Part shown: positions 7,916-16,011 of the stretch, one piece after another
How the letters are laid out: the number at the start of each line of letters is the position of its first letter
Position numbering within the stretch: the stretch's first letter is position 1
Assembly: GCA_942492995.1 (NCBI GenBank)
Contig: OW818653.1
Span: 1,740,001-1,772,000 of the forward strand
DNA: 32,000 bases
Direction: 5' to 3'
Source: an uncultured Erysipelotrichaceae bacterium
GTDB lineage: Bacteria; Bacillota_I; Bacilli_A; Erysipelotrichales; Erysipelotrichaceae
Notes under the pieces: generated by a model
What the model was told of the DNA's origin: nothing
Seen by the model: only the letters and a program-made list of their open reading frames with translations
The model's database searches: none
Program-made: the position numbers and the translations under genes

Positions 7916-9182
7916 CCTCGATTAATACTTCAGGTTTAATTTCTAAGGTAGATACATTCTTAAGTTTCTGTTGGATCTTACGCGTACGTACACCAACAAG
8001 TTTATCGAGGTCTTCACTGGTCTTATTTAAGCGATCTTGAGCACTCTGCAATACGTTCCCAAAGGTCTCAAATTCAGCTTTAACTGAAGATAGGATATTC
8101 CATACTTCGCCACTTCTCTTTTGAATGGCGAGGGTTTTAAAGCCCATTTGTAAGCTATTAAGCAATGCGGCCATTGTGGTAGGACCGGCAATGTTTATTT
8201 GATAATCTCTTTGTAGTATTTCGACTAAACCACGTTGTACAACTTCCGCATATAACCCTTCTGTTGGTAAGAAGAGAATCGCAAATTCAGTAGTATATGG
8301 AATACGTACATACTTTTCTTTAATGTCTTTCGCAAAACTCTTAATTTTAATCTCGAGTGCTTTCCATGAGGATTCGATAAGAACTTTATCCCCAACTTCA
8401 CTCGCATTAATTAAACGTACATAGTCTTCAGTAGGAAACTTAGAGTCAATCGGTAAGTAAACTGGACCACTATCATCCCCTGGCAATTTTACCGCAAATT
8501 CGACAGGATTCTTAGAACCTGGAATTGTCACAAAGTTTTCTACATACTGTTCAGGGGATAGGATTTGTTCAAGAATAGAACCCAACTGTATTTCACCTAA
8601 CATACCACGTGTTTTAACGTTGGATAATATCTTCGTTAAATCCCCAACTTCTACGCCTATTTTACGCATTTCGCCTAATCCCTTATACACAGCTTCAAGC
8701 TGTTCAGATACTTGTTTAAAGGATTGTGAAATACGATCTTCTAATGTCTTCTGTAATTTCTCATCAACCGTCATACGCATTTCATCCAACTTCTTACTGT
8801 TTTCTTCTTGTAAGGAAGTTAAACGTTTTTCAATGGTTTCACGTATTTGGTTCAACTTCTGTTCATTGGTTAACCCAGTATTCGTTAACGTCTGGTTCAT
8901 TTGATTCAATGTCGTATAAACCGTATTCTGTAATTGTTCCTGATTGGTCTTTAAGAGTGATGTCAATTCGGTTAAACGTTTATCTAATACCGTATTCGTT
9001 TCTTTATTACTGTTGCTTAGTACATTACTAAAGGTACTAAGTGATCTCTGATTATCATCTTTAAGATCATTTTCCATATCTCTTAATTCAGTCTTTAATC
9101 CATCATTATTTGGTTTCTTTACCAATAATAGAATTAATAATATAACAATTATCCCAATTCCAATCAGTGTAATATACTCCAT
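7896..9182 (-). CDS. rmuC: DNA recombination protein RmuC
   Basis: 428 aa. An N-terminal TM helix and a long coiled-coil (Q/E/L/K rich) precede an RmuC C-terminal core (FAILFLPTEGLYAEV...INIAGPTTMAALLNSLQMGF). SD aaagggga precedes the ATG. Confidence 0.9.
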   Translation of the reverse strand: MEYITLIGIGIIVILLILLLVKKPNNDGLKTELRDMENDLKDDNQRSLSTFSNVLSNSNKETNTVLDKRLTELTSLLKTNQEQLQNTVYTTLNQMNQTLTNTGLTNEQKLNQIRETIEKRLTSLQEENSKKLDEMRMTVDEKLQKTLEDRISQSFKQVSEQLEAVYKGLGEMRKIGVEVGDLTKILSNVKTRGMLGEIQLGSILEQILSPEQYVENFVTIPGSKNPVEFAVKLPGDDSGPVYLPIDSKFPTEDYVRLINASEVGDKVLIESSWKALEIKIKSFAKDIKEKYVRIPYTTEFAILFLPTEGLYAEVVQRGLVEILQRDYQINIAGPTTMAALLNSLQMGFKTLAIQKRSGEVWNILSSVKAEFETFGNVLQSAQDRLNKTSEDLDKLVGVRTRKIQQKLKNVSTLEIKPEVLIEDDPTDE

Positions 9183-9192
9183 GTGTTCCCCT

Positions 9193-9690
9193 TTATTTCT
9201 CTATATAAGGACCATATCGATTATCATATGGTGTTCCTGGTAATGCCATTAATATCACAACCGCTAAATTTCCAATCCATGGGATTAGATTAAATAATAA
9301 GAATAAACCTGATCGATCTTGATCATGTAAACGTCGTATTGAGATGGATAAGATTGGGAATAAAATGAATCCCGAATATACGATCGAAAGCATCAGCAAC
9401 AAGACCATAATAATTGAAGATAATATACTCTCGATTGTGATAGAGAGTAAGACTAATCCAATTAACATGAATCCACTTACGATTAGTAAATTTACTAACA
9501 TGAACATCCAATAATGTTTACGATCACATCTTCCATTAAAATCGACATAGTGTTTAATCGCATCAATATAATAAATAAAAATAGAAGATTTCGGTAAGTT
9601 TGCGTCTATTTCAAAAGGTTTTCCACAATGATCACAGAACTTAGCGTTTGTGTTTGTTTCGCCCCCACAGGTTGTACATATTTTCGCCAT
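9193..9690 (-). CDS. Zinc-ribbon + DUF805 membrane protein
   Basis: N-terminal CTTCGG...CDHCG zinc ribbon, then a DUF805 body with the hallmark [10 protein letters not shown]. The start is chosen at MAKICTTC (ATG 9690) 5 nt after GGAGG. The 9702 start of the ORF track is a GTG inside the SD. Confidence 0.8.
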   Translation of the reverse strand: MAKICTTCGGETNTNAKFCDHCGKPFEIDANLPKSSIFIYYIDAIKHYVDFNGRCDRKHYWMFMLVNLLIVSGFMLIGLVLLSITIESILSSIIMVLLLMLSIVYSGFILFPILSISIRRLHDQDRSGLFLLFNLIPWIGNLAVVILMALPGTPYDNRYGPYIEK

Positions 9691-9740
9691 AAAATCCTCC
9701 ACTTTTACTATACACTATAATGCGAATAATCTCATAATCA

Positions 9741-9768
9741 AAGACATTTTTCATCGAAGTGGTATAAT
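9741..9768 (+). promoter_or_regulatory. Candidate extended -10 promoter for udp
   Basis: aaGACA (9741-9746), 16-nt spacer, TGgTATAAT (9760-9768). Confidence 0.45.
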
Positions 9769-9802
9769 ACTTGTACAGATTATTAGACTCAGGAGGAACA
9801 AT

Positions 9803-10573
9803 ATGTCTACAGTCTATTCAGAAAAAGAATATCATGTTCAATTAGAAAAGGGAGATGTTGGGGAATACGTTATATTACCTGGCGATCCTGGTCGTTGTGA
9901 GAAGATTGCGCAGTACTTTGATAATCCAGCTCATGTGATGACCAATCGTGAATATGTTACTTATACAGGTACATTAAATGGTGTTAAAGTTAGTGTTACT
10001 TCGACAGGAATTGGCGGACCTTCCGCTGCGATTGCGCTTGAAGAATTGATTCATTGTGGTGCTCATACCTTTATTCGTGTTGGGACATCCGGTGGTATGC
10101 AAGAAGAAGTATTGGGTGGTCATGTCGTTATTGCGACAGGTGCGATTCGATTAGATGGGACAAGCAAAGAATATGCGCCAGTTGAATTTCCTGCAGTAGC
10201 GGATTTTGATGTAGTGTACGCATTACGTGAAGCTGCGAAAGAATTGAACATTCCAAGTCATACAGGTGTTGTTCAATGTAAGGATAATTTCTATGGTCAA
10301 CATTCTCCTGAATCGATGCCTATCGCGTCTGAGTTACATGCGAAATGGGAAGCTTGGATTCGTGCAGGTGCTCTGACTTCAGAGATGGAATCCGCGACGT
10401 TATTTATCGTTGGTTCAACTCGTCGTGTACGTGTAGGGTCTGTATTGTTGGTTGTGGCGAATCAAACACGTCGTGCAATGGGCTTAGAAGATATTCAAGT
10501 TCATGATACAGAAGCTGCGATTCGTGTTGCGATTGATGCGCTTAAAAAATTAATTGAACAAGATAAGAAATAA
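9803..10573 (+). CDS. udp: Uridine phosphorylase (PNP/UDP family)
   Basis: 256 aa and collinear with E. coli Udp as I remember it ([42 protein letters not shown]). ATG is 6 nt after AGGAGG (9791-9796). The ORF-track N-terminal extension overlaps the divergent gene. Confidence 0.85.
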   Translation: MSTVYSEKEYHVQLEKGDVGEYVILPGDPGRCEKIAQYFDNPAHVMTNREYVTYTGTLNGVKVSVTSTGIGGPSAAIALEELIHCGAHTFIRVGTSGGMQEEVLGGHVVIATGAIRLDGTSKEYAPVEFPAVADFDVVYALREAAKELNIPSHTGVVQCKDNFYGQHSPESMPIASELHAKWEAWIRAGALTSEMESATLFIVGSTRRVRVGSVLLVVANQTRRAMGLEDIQVHDTEAAIRVAIDALKKLIEQDKK

Positions 10574-10590
10574 TACGTTAATTTAAACCA

Positions 10591-10623
10591 AAGTCCTTAA
10601 GTAAACATTAAGGACTTTTTTTC
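10591..10623 (+). terminator. udp terminator
   Basis: aagtccttaa (10591-10600) pairs with ttaaggactt (10608-10617), followed by a T-run. Confidence 0.7.
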
Positions 10624-10630
10624 TATTCAT

Positions 10631-10658
10631 AAAAAAACAAACATATTTCTATGTTTGT
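10631..10658 (-). terminator. Terminator of MFS permease copy A
   Basis: The minus strand reads acaaacat-agaaat-atgtttgt followed by ttttttt. Confidence 0.65.
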
Positions 10659-10679
10659 CTGATAAATTAGATTTAATTA

Positions 10680-11936
10680 TTATTTCTTTTTAATCATCTT
10701 CGCAAATACGATAACTAACACAACACCGATAAATCCACAGAGTCCACTAACGATGAAGTACGCATTATATCCGCCTTGTGCACCGAATGTGTTCCACAAG
10801 AAGGTATTAGCGATTGGAATCAATACATCTGGTAGATAACCGATGAAGGATACAACACCAATTGCGGTTCCTAGAATGAATGCTTCAAGTTTATAATCAC
10901 CTAAGAGTGACCAATAGGTTCCACGAATCGTATAGAAGAAGATTGCGAGTACGACGACCAATGGGAAGAAGATTGCTTGACCTAAACTAACAGGTAATAG
11001 AGCAGCTAGAATTAAACAACTACTTGCGATAACTAATGCGACAATCTGGACATTTGTACGTCCGAATTTATCTGCGAGTAATCCACCTAAGAATCCACCA
11101 ATTGGACGCATCCATAATACAACGACCATAATTGATGCGACTGTGACTGAACTTAATCCAACGTTGGATTCTAAGAAGCCACCGATATAATATACTGTCC
11201 AGAATACGATATATCCCATGAAGATAATCGCGCCATGTAAGTAAACATATTTATTCTTAAATAACATTCTAACGTATGACCATTGGAATTTATTTGCTTT
11301 ATCATCAACCGCATTCGCTTTAATAATCTTCTTATCATCTTGTACGAAAATCATAACGAGTGCAGAAACAGCTAGTAACATAATCGAATACATATAGATA
11401 ACAGCGATGAGTGCTTCACGTTTTGTGTTTAGATCAATCGAATCTTGTAGGATACCAGAGAAGATGAATAACGCTAAACTTGCAAGAATCGCTTCTACTA
11501 ATCCACGTCCACCATCTAAGATACCAAAGAACTTACCTTGTTCATTATCCGTTCCTAATAAACGAACAATTTTCATATGCGCACTCCAGAACGTAAAGAC
11601 TGAGAAGAAGCCCCACAATCCGAATATTATTACAACATTGTCATAACTTGGGATTTGTGCAAACCATAAGCCACCTAAGCCAGTGAAGAACAATGATACA
11701 GCTAATAATTTCTTAGCAGAGAATAAATCACTAAGGTAACCACTCGGTGCATAACCGAATACGAAGACAAGACCGATAACCGAATACATTGTATTAAGTT
11801 GAGGTAATGTCATATTGAAGACTTGTAACATACTTTCTTGATACCCTTGTTTCAAGAAGATAAGAGGGTAAATAGAACCTGCCGCTAATACTACGAGAAA
11901 TAATTGAAAATACTTTTTAAACTGAGCCTTGTTCAT
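10680..11936 (-). CDS. MFS permease, copy A (paralog of 14720..15994)
   Basis: 12-TM profile. It aligns end to end with the permease at 14720..15994 (50 of the first 70 residues identical by hand count). The start at MNKAQFKKYF follows SD gaaaggaa and matches the paralog N-terminus. The ORF track starts 8 codons earlier (11960) with no SD. Confidence 0.85.
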   Translation of the reverse strand: MNKAQFKKYFQLFLVVLAAGSIYPLIFLKQGYQESMLQVFNMTLPQLNTMYSVIGLVFVFGYAPSGYLSDLFSAKKLLAVSLFFTGLGGLWFAQIPSYDNVVIIFGLWGFFSVFTFWSAHMKIVRLLGTDNEQGKFFGILDGGRGLVEAILASLALFIFSGILQDSIDLNTKREALIAVIYMYSIMLLAVSALVMIFVQDDKKIIKANAVDDKANKFQWSYVRMLFKNKYVYLHGAIIFMGYIVFWTVYYIGGFLESNVGLSSVTVASIMVVVLWMRPIGGFLGGLLADKFGRTNVQIVALVIASSCLILAALLPVSLGQAIFFPLVVVLAIFFYTIRGTYWSLLGDYKLEAFILGTAIGVVSFIGYLPDVLIPIANTFLWNTFGAQGGYNAYFIVSGLCGFIGVVLVIVFAKMIKKK

Positions 11937-12038
11937 TGGTTTCCTTTCGTTATGCGACATGTTGATTATCTATTATTTACGATCGCACTTACTACTATTT
12001 GTATCTAATAATATGAAATATTAGTTACTTTCGTTCTC

Positions 12039-12067
12039 ATCGTAAACGCTTACATTTTTCTTGTCAA
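12039..12067 (-). promoter_or_regulatory. Candidate promoter of permease copy A
   Basis: On the minus strand: TTGACA (12067-12062), 17-nt spacer, TACGAT (12044-12039). Confidence 0.45.
12041..12054. promoter_or_regulatory. cre-like (CcpA) box overlapping the promoter
   Basis: The minus strand reads TGTAAGCGTTTACG, matching 13 of 14 positions of the cre consensus TGWAANCGNTNWCA. It covers the spacer and -10 of the promoter above. Confidence 0.55.
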
Positions 12068-12106
12068 GATAATTTTCTATTATATAGTAAAATAATAGAT
12101 GTAAAC

Positions 12107-12118
12107 GGAAAGTTTTCC
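12107..12118. promoter_or_regulatory. GGAAA-N2-TTTCC inverted repeat (candidate operator, site 2)
   Basis: ggaaagttttcc lies about 45 bp upstream of the copy-A -35 box. It has the same core and spacing as the centre of the 12980-13019 palindrome. Confidence 0.4.
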
Positions 12119-12155
12119 ATTATTTGAGAGAAATATCGATAATTATTGGTTTGAA

Positions 12156-12179
12156 ATAAAAAGTTCCGGGTTGGAACTT
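12156..12179 (-). terminator. rpiR-family gene terminator
   Basis: The minus strand reads aagttcc-aaccc-ggaactt followed by tttatttc, 25 nt after the stop at 12204. Confidence 0.6.
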
Positions 12180-12203
12180 ATAATGTATTATTTTACTAAT
12201 ATA

Positions 12204-12905
12204 TTATCCATGCATCAATTTCTGGATAACTTCTTCTATAAAGATAAAGAAGATTGTACGTGTTTTCTCATGTGGCATAAGATCACTGGATTGATTGTAC
12301 TTGGATAACCAGAATAGATTATCACATGAGTTAACTAATGATGGATTGTACTCTTCAGATACGACTAGGACAGTACATCCTTTTTCTTTTGCGCTAAGGT
12401 AAATATCTTCGAATGATTTAAATGTACCTGTTGTCGTAAAGATAACCAATAGACTCTTATTATCTGCCATGTTCTTAACAGATAGAACATCTTGCATAGC
12501 AATAGAATATTTATTCGTAATAGTATGTAGTTTATATTCGAAATAGGTTGCCGCAATATAGGAAGGTCCATATCCAAATAGAATAATACGTTCATGTTTA
12601 TTAATCATATCAATAAAATCATCCACAATCTTTGGATCGAAGTCATCAATGAATTGTTTAAGTCGTACTAACTCATTTGATTCATACTTATCGTTCGTCG
12701 TTTCGCCATAGAGAAAACTCATGAACTGTTTATAATTCTTAAAACCTAACTTCTTAACTACTTTGGATATTTTCGAGATAGAACATCCACAAAACTCTGC
12801 AGCTTGAGTAATTCTAATGTTTGGGACAGTTAGAACTTTTTCGTTAAGCGTGTTATAGATCTCTTTCTCTAATGGATTCAAATTATTAATATCGATATTT
12901 ATCAT
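12204..12905 (-). CDS. RpiR/MurR-family transcriptional regulator (HTH + SIS domain)
   Basis: 233 aa. The N-terminal HTH is ITQAAEFCGCSISKISKVVKKLGFKNYKQF. The C-terminal SIS-like fold is RIILFGYGPSYIAATYFEYKL...LLVIFTTTG. Confidence 0.85.
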   Translation of the reverse strand: MINIDINNLNPLEKEIYNTLNEKVLTVPNIRITQAAEFCGCSISKISKVVKKLGFKNYKQFMSFLYGETTNDKYESNELVRLKQFIDDFDPKIVDDFIDMINKHERIILFGYGPSYIAATYFEYKLHTITNKYSIAMQDVLSVKNMADNKSLLVIFTTTGTFKSFEDIYLSAKEKGCTVLVVSEEYNPSLVNSCDNLFWLSKYNQSSDLMPHEKTRTIFFIFIEEVIQKLMHG

Positions 12906-12932
12906 GTGTTTTTTCTACTTTTCTCTGTTAAA

Positions 12933-12961
12933 ATTCTATCATTTTACTTACTTTTAGTAAA
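12933..12961 (-). promoter_or_regulatory. Candidate extended -10 promoter of the rpiR-family gene
   Basis: On the minus strand: TTTACT (12961-12956), 17-nt spacer, TGaTAGAAT (12941-12933). Confidence 0.4.
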
Positions 12962-12979
12962 GGTAACATTATTCTTATT

Positions 12980-13019
12980 CATTTACATATAGTGGAAACT
13001 TTTCCACTATATGTAAATG
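12980..13019. promoter_or_regulatory. Perfect 19+19 bp palindrome (candidate operator, site 1) between divergent promoters
   Basis: catttacatatagtggaaa-ct-tttccactatatgtaaatg. All 19 arm positions were checked pairwise as complementary. The centre is GGAAA-N2-TTTCC. Confidence 0.8.
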
Positions 13020-13031
13020 TAAACGCTATGA
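13018..13031. promoter_or_regulatory. cre-like box upstream of the operon promoter
   Basis: TGTAAACGCTATGA matches 13 of 14 cre consensus positions. It is centred about 30 bp upstream of the -35 box. Confidence 0.45.
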
Positions 13032-13055
13032 ATGTAAAATTTCTCGTTTTTTGTG

Positions 13056-13084
13056 TTGACAATTGAATTCTTTGAACATAGAAT
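13056..13084 (+). promoter_or_regulatory. Promoter of the oxidase-etf-kinase operon
   Basis: TTGACA (13056-13061), 17-nt spacer, TAGAAT (13079-13084), about 50 nt before the ATG. Confidence 0.65.
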
Positions 13085-13134
13085 GTGTATGTAAGCATTA
13101 ATGGATTTAATAAAAGCGATATGCGGAGGAAATA

Positions 13135-14607
13135 ATGGAACAAAAAGAATTAATTGAAGGATTGCTTAAAATAGTTGGAATCGACCAAATCAATACAGGT
13201 CATGATGATTTATATGACGCATCAGCGGATCGTTATAAGAAATATGCGAAAGCAAGAAAAGTATTGGATGTACCTCTACCTCTCGCAATCGTTTATCCAG
13301 CGAACACAGAAGAAGTCAGTAAACTATTAGTATTCTGTAACGATAATCTAATCAATGTGATTGCGCGTGGTGGTAAAACTGCGACTGAAGGTGGATTAGA
13401 GAATTGGAAAGAAACGACGATTGTTATTGATACAGAGTTATTAAATAAAGTAATTAAGATTGATGAATACAATATGCAAGCAACTGTTCAAGCAGGTGTT
13501 CGCCTACAAGACCTTGAAGACTTAGTTCGTTTAAAAGGACTAACAACAGGACATTCACCTCAATCAAAACCTGTCGCAAAATACGGTGGGTTAGTCTCAA
13601 CTCGTAGTATCGGACAATTCTCCACATTATATGGTGGAATTGAAGATATGGTAGTTGGACTTGAATGTGTGTTCCCAAATGGACATATCTCACGAATTAA
13701 GAATGTATCAAGAAGAGCTGGCGGACCAGATATCCGTCACATCGCTATAGGGAACGAAGGGACTTTGTGTTATATCACAGAAGTTACCATCAAACTATTC
13801 AAATTCTTCCCTAAGAATCACCAATTCCATGGTTACTTAATTAAAGATGTCGCAAGCGGTATTGAGATCTTGCGTGAAGTTATGGTAAATGGATATCGTC
13901 CTTCAGTTGCCCGCGTATATTCTGAAGAAGATGCGTACCAACATTTCTATCATTTCTATAAAAATAAATGTGTGTTAATTTTTATGGCTGAAGGCAATGA
14001 ACATATCGTGAATGCGACGTCTGTAGGTATTAATGAAGCGATTGAGAAGTTCAAGGATAGTATCGTTGAGAAGGTTGATCCTCAATTGATTCAGAATTGG
14101 TTCAATCACTTAAATTGGTCACAGAAGGATATTGATGATGAGTATGAAGGTATGGTGGAAAATGATTCACATGCTGGATTTACAACAGAAATATCTGCGG
14201 ATTGGGAAACCATTCCAAAGATTTATGACAATGTCATGAATCGTGTCAGAAATGAATTTGATCGTGCACATGATCTAACAATGTTGGGTGGACATTCATC
14301 CCATAGTTATATCAATGGAACAAATATGTACTTTGTGTACAACTATAAGATTAATTGTGAGCCTGAAGATGAAATGCGTATTTATCATCACCCACTTCAA
14401 ACGATTATCGTTGAGGAAACCTTAAAACTAGGTGGATCAATGTGTCATCATCATGGGATTGGTAAGTATCGTAGTCAATGGTCGAAGGAAGAACATGGAT
14501 CAGCGTTCTTTATGTTAGAAAAACTTAAAGAAGCATTTGATCCAAAAGGTATTATGAACTTTGGGACTATTTTCCCTCAAGAAGAAGGTATGAAGTTCAT
14601 TAAGTAA
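13135..14607 (+). CDS. FAD-linked oxidase/dehydrogenase (FAD_binding_4 + C-terminal oxidase domain; AGPS/GlcD-like)
   Basis: 490 aa. The FAD-binding PCMH-type region is VYPANTEEVSKLLVFCNDNLINVIARGGKTATEGG...RAGGPDIRHIAIGNEGTL. The C-terminal CHHHGIGKYR resembles the HHHGVGK of alkyl-DHAP synthase. SD gcggagga precedes the ATG. Confidence 0.85.
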   Translation: MEQKELIEGLLKIVGIDQINTGHDDLYDASADRYKKYAKARKVLDVPLPLAIVYPANTEEVSKLLVFCNDNLINVIARGGKTATEGGLENWKETTIVIDTELLNKVIKIDEYNMQATVQAGVRLQDLEDLVRLKGLTTGHSPQSKPVAKYGGLVSTRSIGQFSTLYGGIEDMVVGLECVFPNGHISRIKNVSRRAGGPDIRHIAIGNEGTLCYITEVTIKLFKFFPKNHQFHGYLIKDVASGIEILREVMVNGYRPSVARVYSEEDAYQHFYHFYKNKCVLIFMAEGNEHIVNATSVGINEAIEKFKDSIVEKVDPQLIQNWFNHLNWSQKDIDDEYEGMVENDSHAGFTTEISADWETIPKIYDNVMNRVRNEFDRAHDLTMLGGHSSHSYINGTNMYFVYNYKINCEPEDEMRIYHHPLQTIIVEETLKLGGSMCHHHGIGKYRSQWSKEEHGSAFFMLEKLKEAFDPKGIMNFGTIFPQEEGMKFIK

Positions 14608-14719
14608 ATTTGTATTATAATTCGCTGATTCATGCATGTACTTTGTTTGCGTAAATAATAGGGGAAAGCGCAAGAATGGTTAGTGATTTAGGCGAGTAAA
14701 TAATAAACAAGGAGGGCCT

Positions 14720-15994
14720 ATGAGCCAGGAAAAATTTAGAAAGTATTTTCAGTTCTTTTTGGTAGTATTAGCTGCGGGATCAATTTATCCGTTGATCTAT
14801 TTGAAGGGTGGCTATCAAGAAACAATCTTGCAAGTCTTCAATATGTCTAATGCTCAACTCAATTCTATGTATACAATTCTAGGTTGGGTATTCGTCTTTG
14901 GTTATATTCCAAGTGGAATCTTGAGTGATCGTTTCTCAGCTAAAAAGTTGTTAGCGATGTCATTATTCTTCACAGGTTTAGGCGGATTATGGTTTGCGCA
15001 AGTTCCTAATTACGAATTTGTCATGGTCATCTTCGCTGTTTGGGGTTTCTTCTCAGTGTTTACGTTCTGGAGTGCTCACATGAAGATCGTCAAATTGTTG
15101 GCGACTGAAAAAGAACAAGGAACATTCTTCGGTATCTTAGATGGTGGTCGTGGCGTTGTCGAAGCATTACTAGCTAGTTTGGCGCTCTTTATCTTCTCTG
15201 GTATCTTAGGCAGTAGCGTTGAAGTTATTGATAAACGTGCAGCTCTTATTGCGGTTATCTACATGTATTCTGCAGTCTTACTAGTTACATCTGTACTTAT
15301 TTGGTTCTTTGTACAAGATGATAAGAAAGTATTAGCACTTGATACAGATAAGAAAGAAGCACTTAAATCTCCTGCTTTCAAATTCTCTGAATTAGGTAAC
15401 TTATTCAAAAACAAAAAAGTATATCTTCTAGGCTTCATAATCTTCATGGGTTATGCAGTGTTCTGGACATACTACTACTTATCATGGTTCTTAGAAGTTT
15501 ACGTTGGTATCGATCCTGTATCAGTTGCTGGTACAATGGTTGTCGTATTATGGATGCGTCCAGTTGGTGGTTTCATTGGTGGTTACTTAGGGGATAAAAT
15601 CGGTAGAACTACAGTTCAAATGATTTCATTAACTGGAGCTGCTGCTTGTTTAATCGCTATCTCTACAATTCCTGTTACAGGTAACACTGGTTTATTCCAA
15701 CCAATTATTATTCTATTAGGTATCTTCTTGTATGCAATTCGTGGTACTTACTGGTCACTATTAGGCGATTTAAAATTAGATGCGTTGATTCTTGGGACTG
15801 CGATTGGGGCTGTTTCCTTCATTGGTTACTTACCTGATATCATTCTTCCTTCATTCAATACATTCTTATGGGCAACGTTTGGTGATATGGGTGGCTTTAA
15901 TGCTTACTTTATCTCTAGTGCAATCTTAGGTATTATTGGTGTAGGTTTAGTCTTCGTTTTCAGAAATATTATTAATAAAGAAAACAAAGCTTAA
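14720..15994 (+). CDS. MFS permease, copy B (paralog of 10680..11936)
   Basis: 424 aa with a 12-TM profile and SD aaggaggg. It shares long identical blocks with copy A (FLVVLAAGSIYPLI, SLFFTGLGGLWFAQ, FFSVFTFWSAHMKIV, IRGTYWSLLGD). Confidence 0.85.
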   Translation: MSQEKFRKYFQFFLVVLAAGSIYPLIYLKGGYQETILQVFNMSNAQLNSMYTILGWVFVFGYIPSGILSDRFSAKKLLAMSLFFTGLGGLWFAQVPNYEFVMVIFAVWGFFSVFTFWSAHMKIVKLLATEKEQGTFFGILDGGRGVVEALLASLALFIFSGILGSSVEVIDKRAALIAVIYMYSAVLLVTSVLIWFFVQDDKKVLALDTDKKEALKSPAFKFSELGNLFKNKKVYLLGFIIFMGYAVFWTYYYLSWFLEVYVGIDPVSVAGTMVVVLWMRPVGGFIGGYLGDKIGRTTVQMISLTGAAACLIAISTIPVTGNTGLFQPIIILLGIFLYAIRGTYWSLLGDLKLDALILGTAIGAVSFIGYLPDIILPSFNTFLWATFGDMGGFNAYFISSAILGIIGVGLVFVFRNIINKENKA

Positions 15995-16011
15995 TATTTA
16001 AGGAAAAAATA

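Noticed and set aside
8225-9031. ORFs 8225..8407 (-), 8620..8904 (+) and 8726..9031 (+) within rmuC
   Set aside because: These are shadow ORFs inside or antisense to the RmuC coding frame, which is well supported.
9650-9802. N-terminal extension of udp (GTG at 9650)
   Set aside because: It overlaps the divergent DUF805 gene start and both promoters. The AGGAGG-ATG at 9803 gives a protein collinear with Udp.
11407-11646. 79-aa plus-strand ORF antisense to MFS copy A. Similar antisense or nested ORFs occur at 12365..12595, 13454..13693, 15259..15447, 15972..16265, 16401..16799, 17419..17643, 19114..19335, 20048..20242, 21748..21951, 22764..23051, 22866..23063, 23652..23849, 26619..26828 and 31194..31520.
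   Set aside because: All are embedded in confidently assigned genes, lack SDs and have non-protein-like compositions. They are typical shadow ORFs.
13087-13100. Third cre-like string TGTAAGCATTAATG just downstream of the operon -10 box
   Set aside because: It matches only about 10 of 14 consensus positions and lacks the central CG and the terminal CA, so it is not distinguishable from AT-rich background.
14608-14719. 112-nt gap between the oxidase and permease B as a possible riboswitch or leader peptide (7-codon ORF MVSDLGE at about 14676)
   Set aside because: I found only a short stem (ttgcg...cgcaa) and no recognisable riboswitch core. The mini-ORF has a poor SD context. I note it as unexplained spacing, not a feature.
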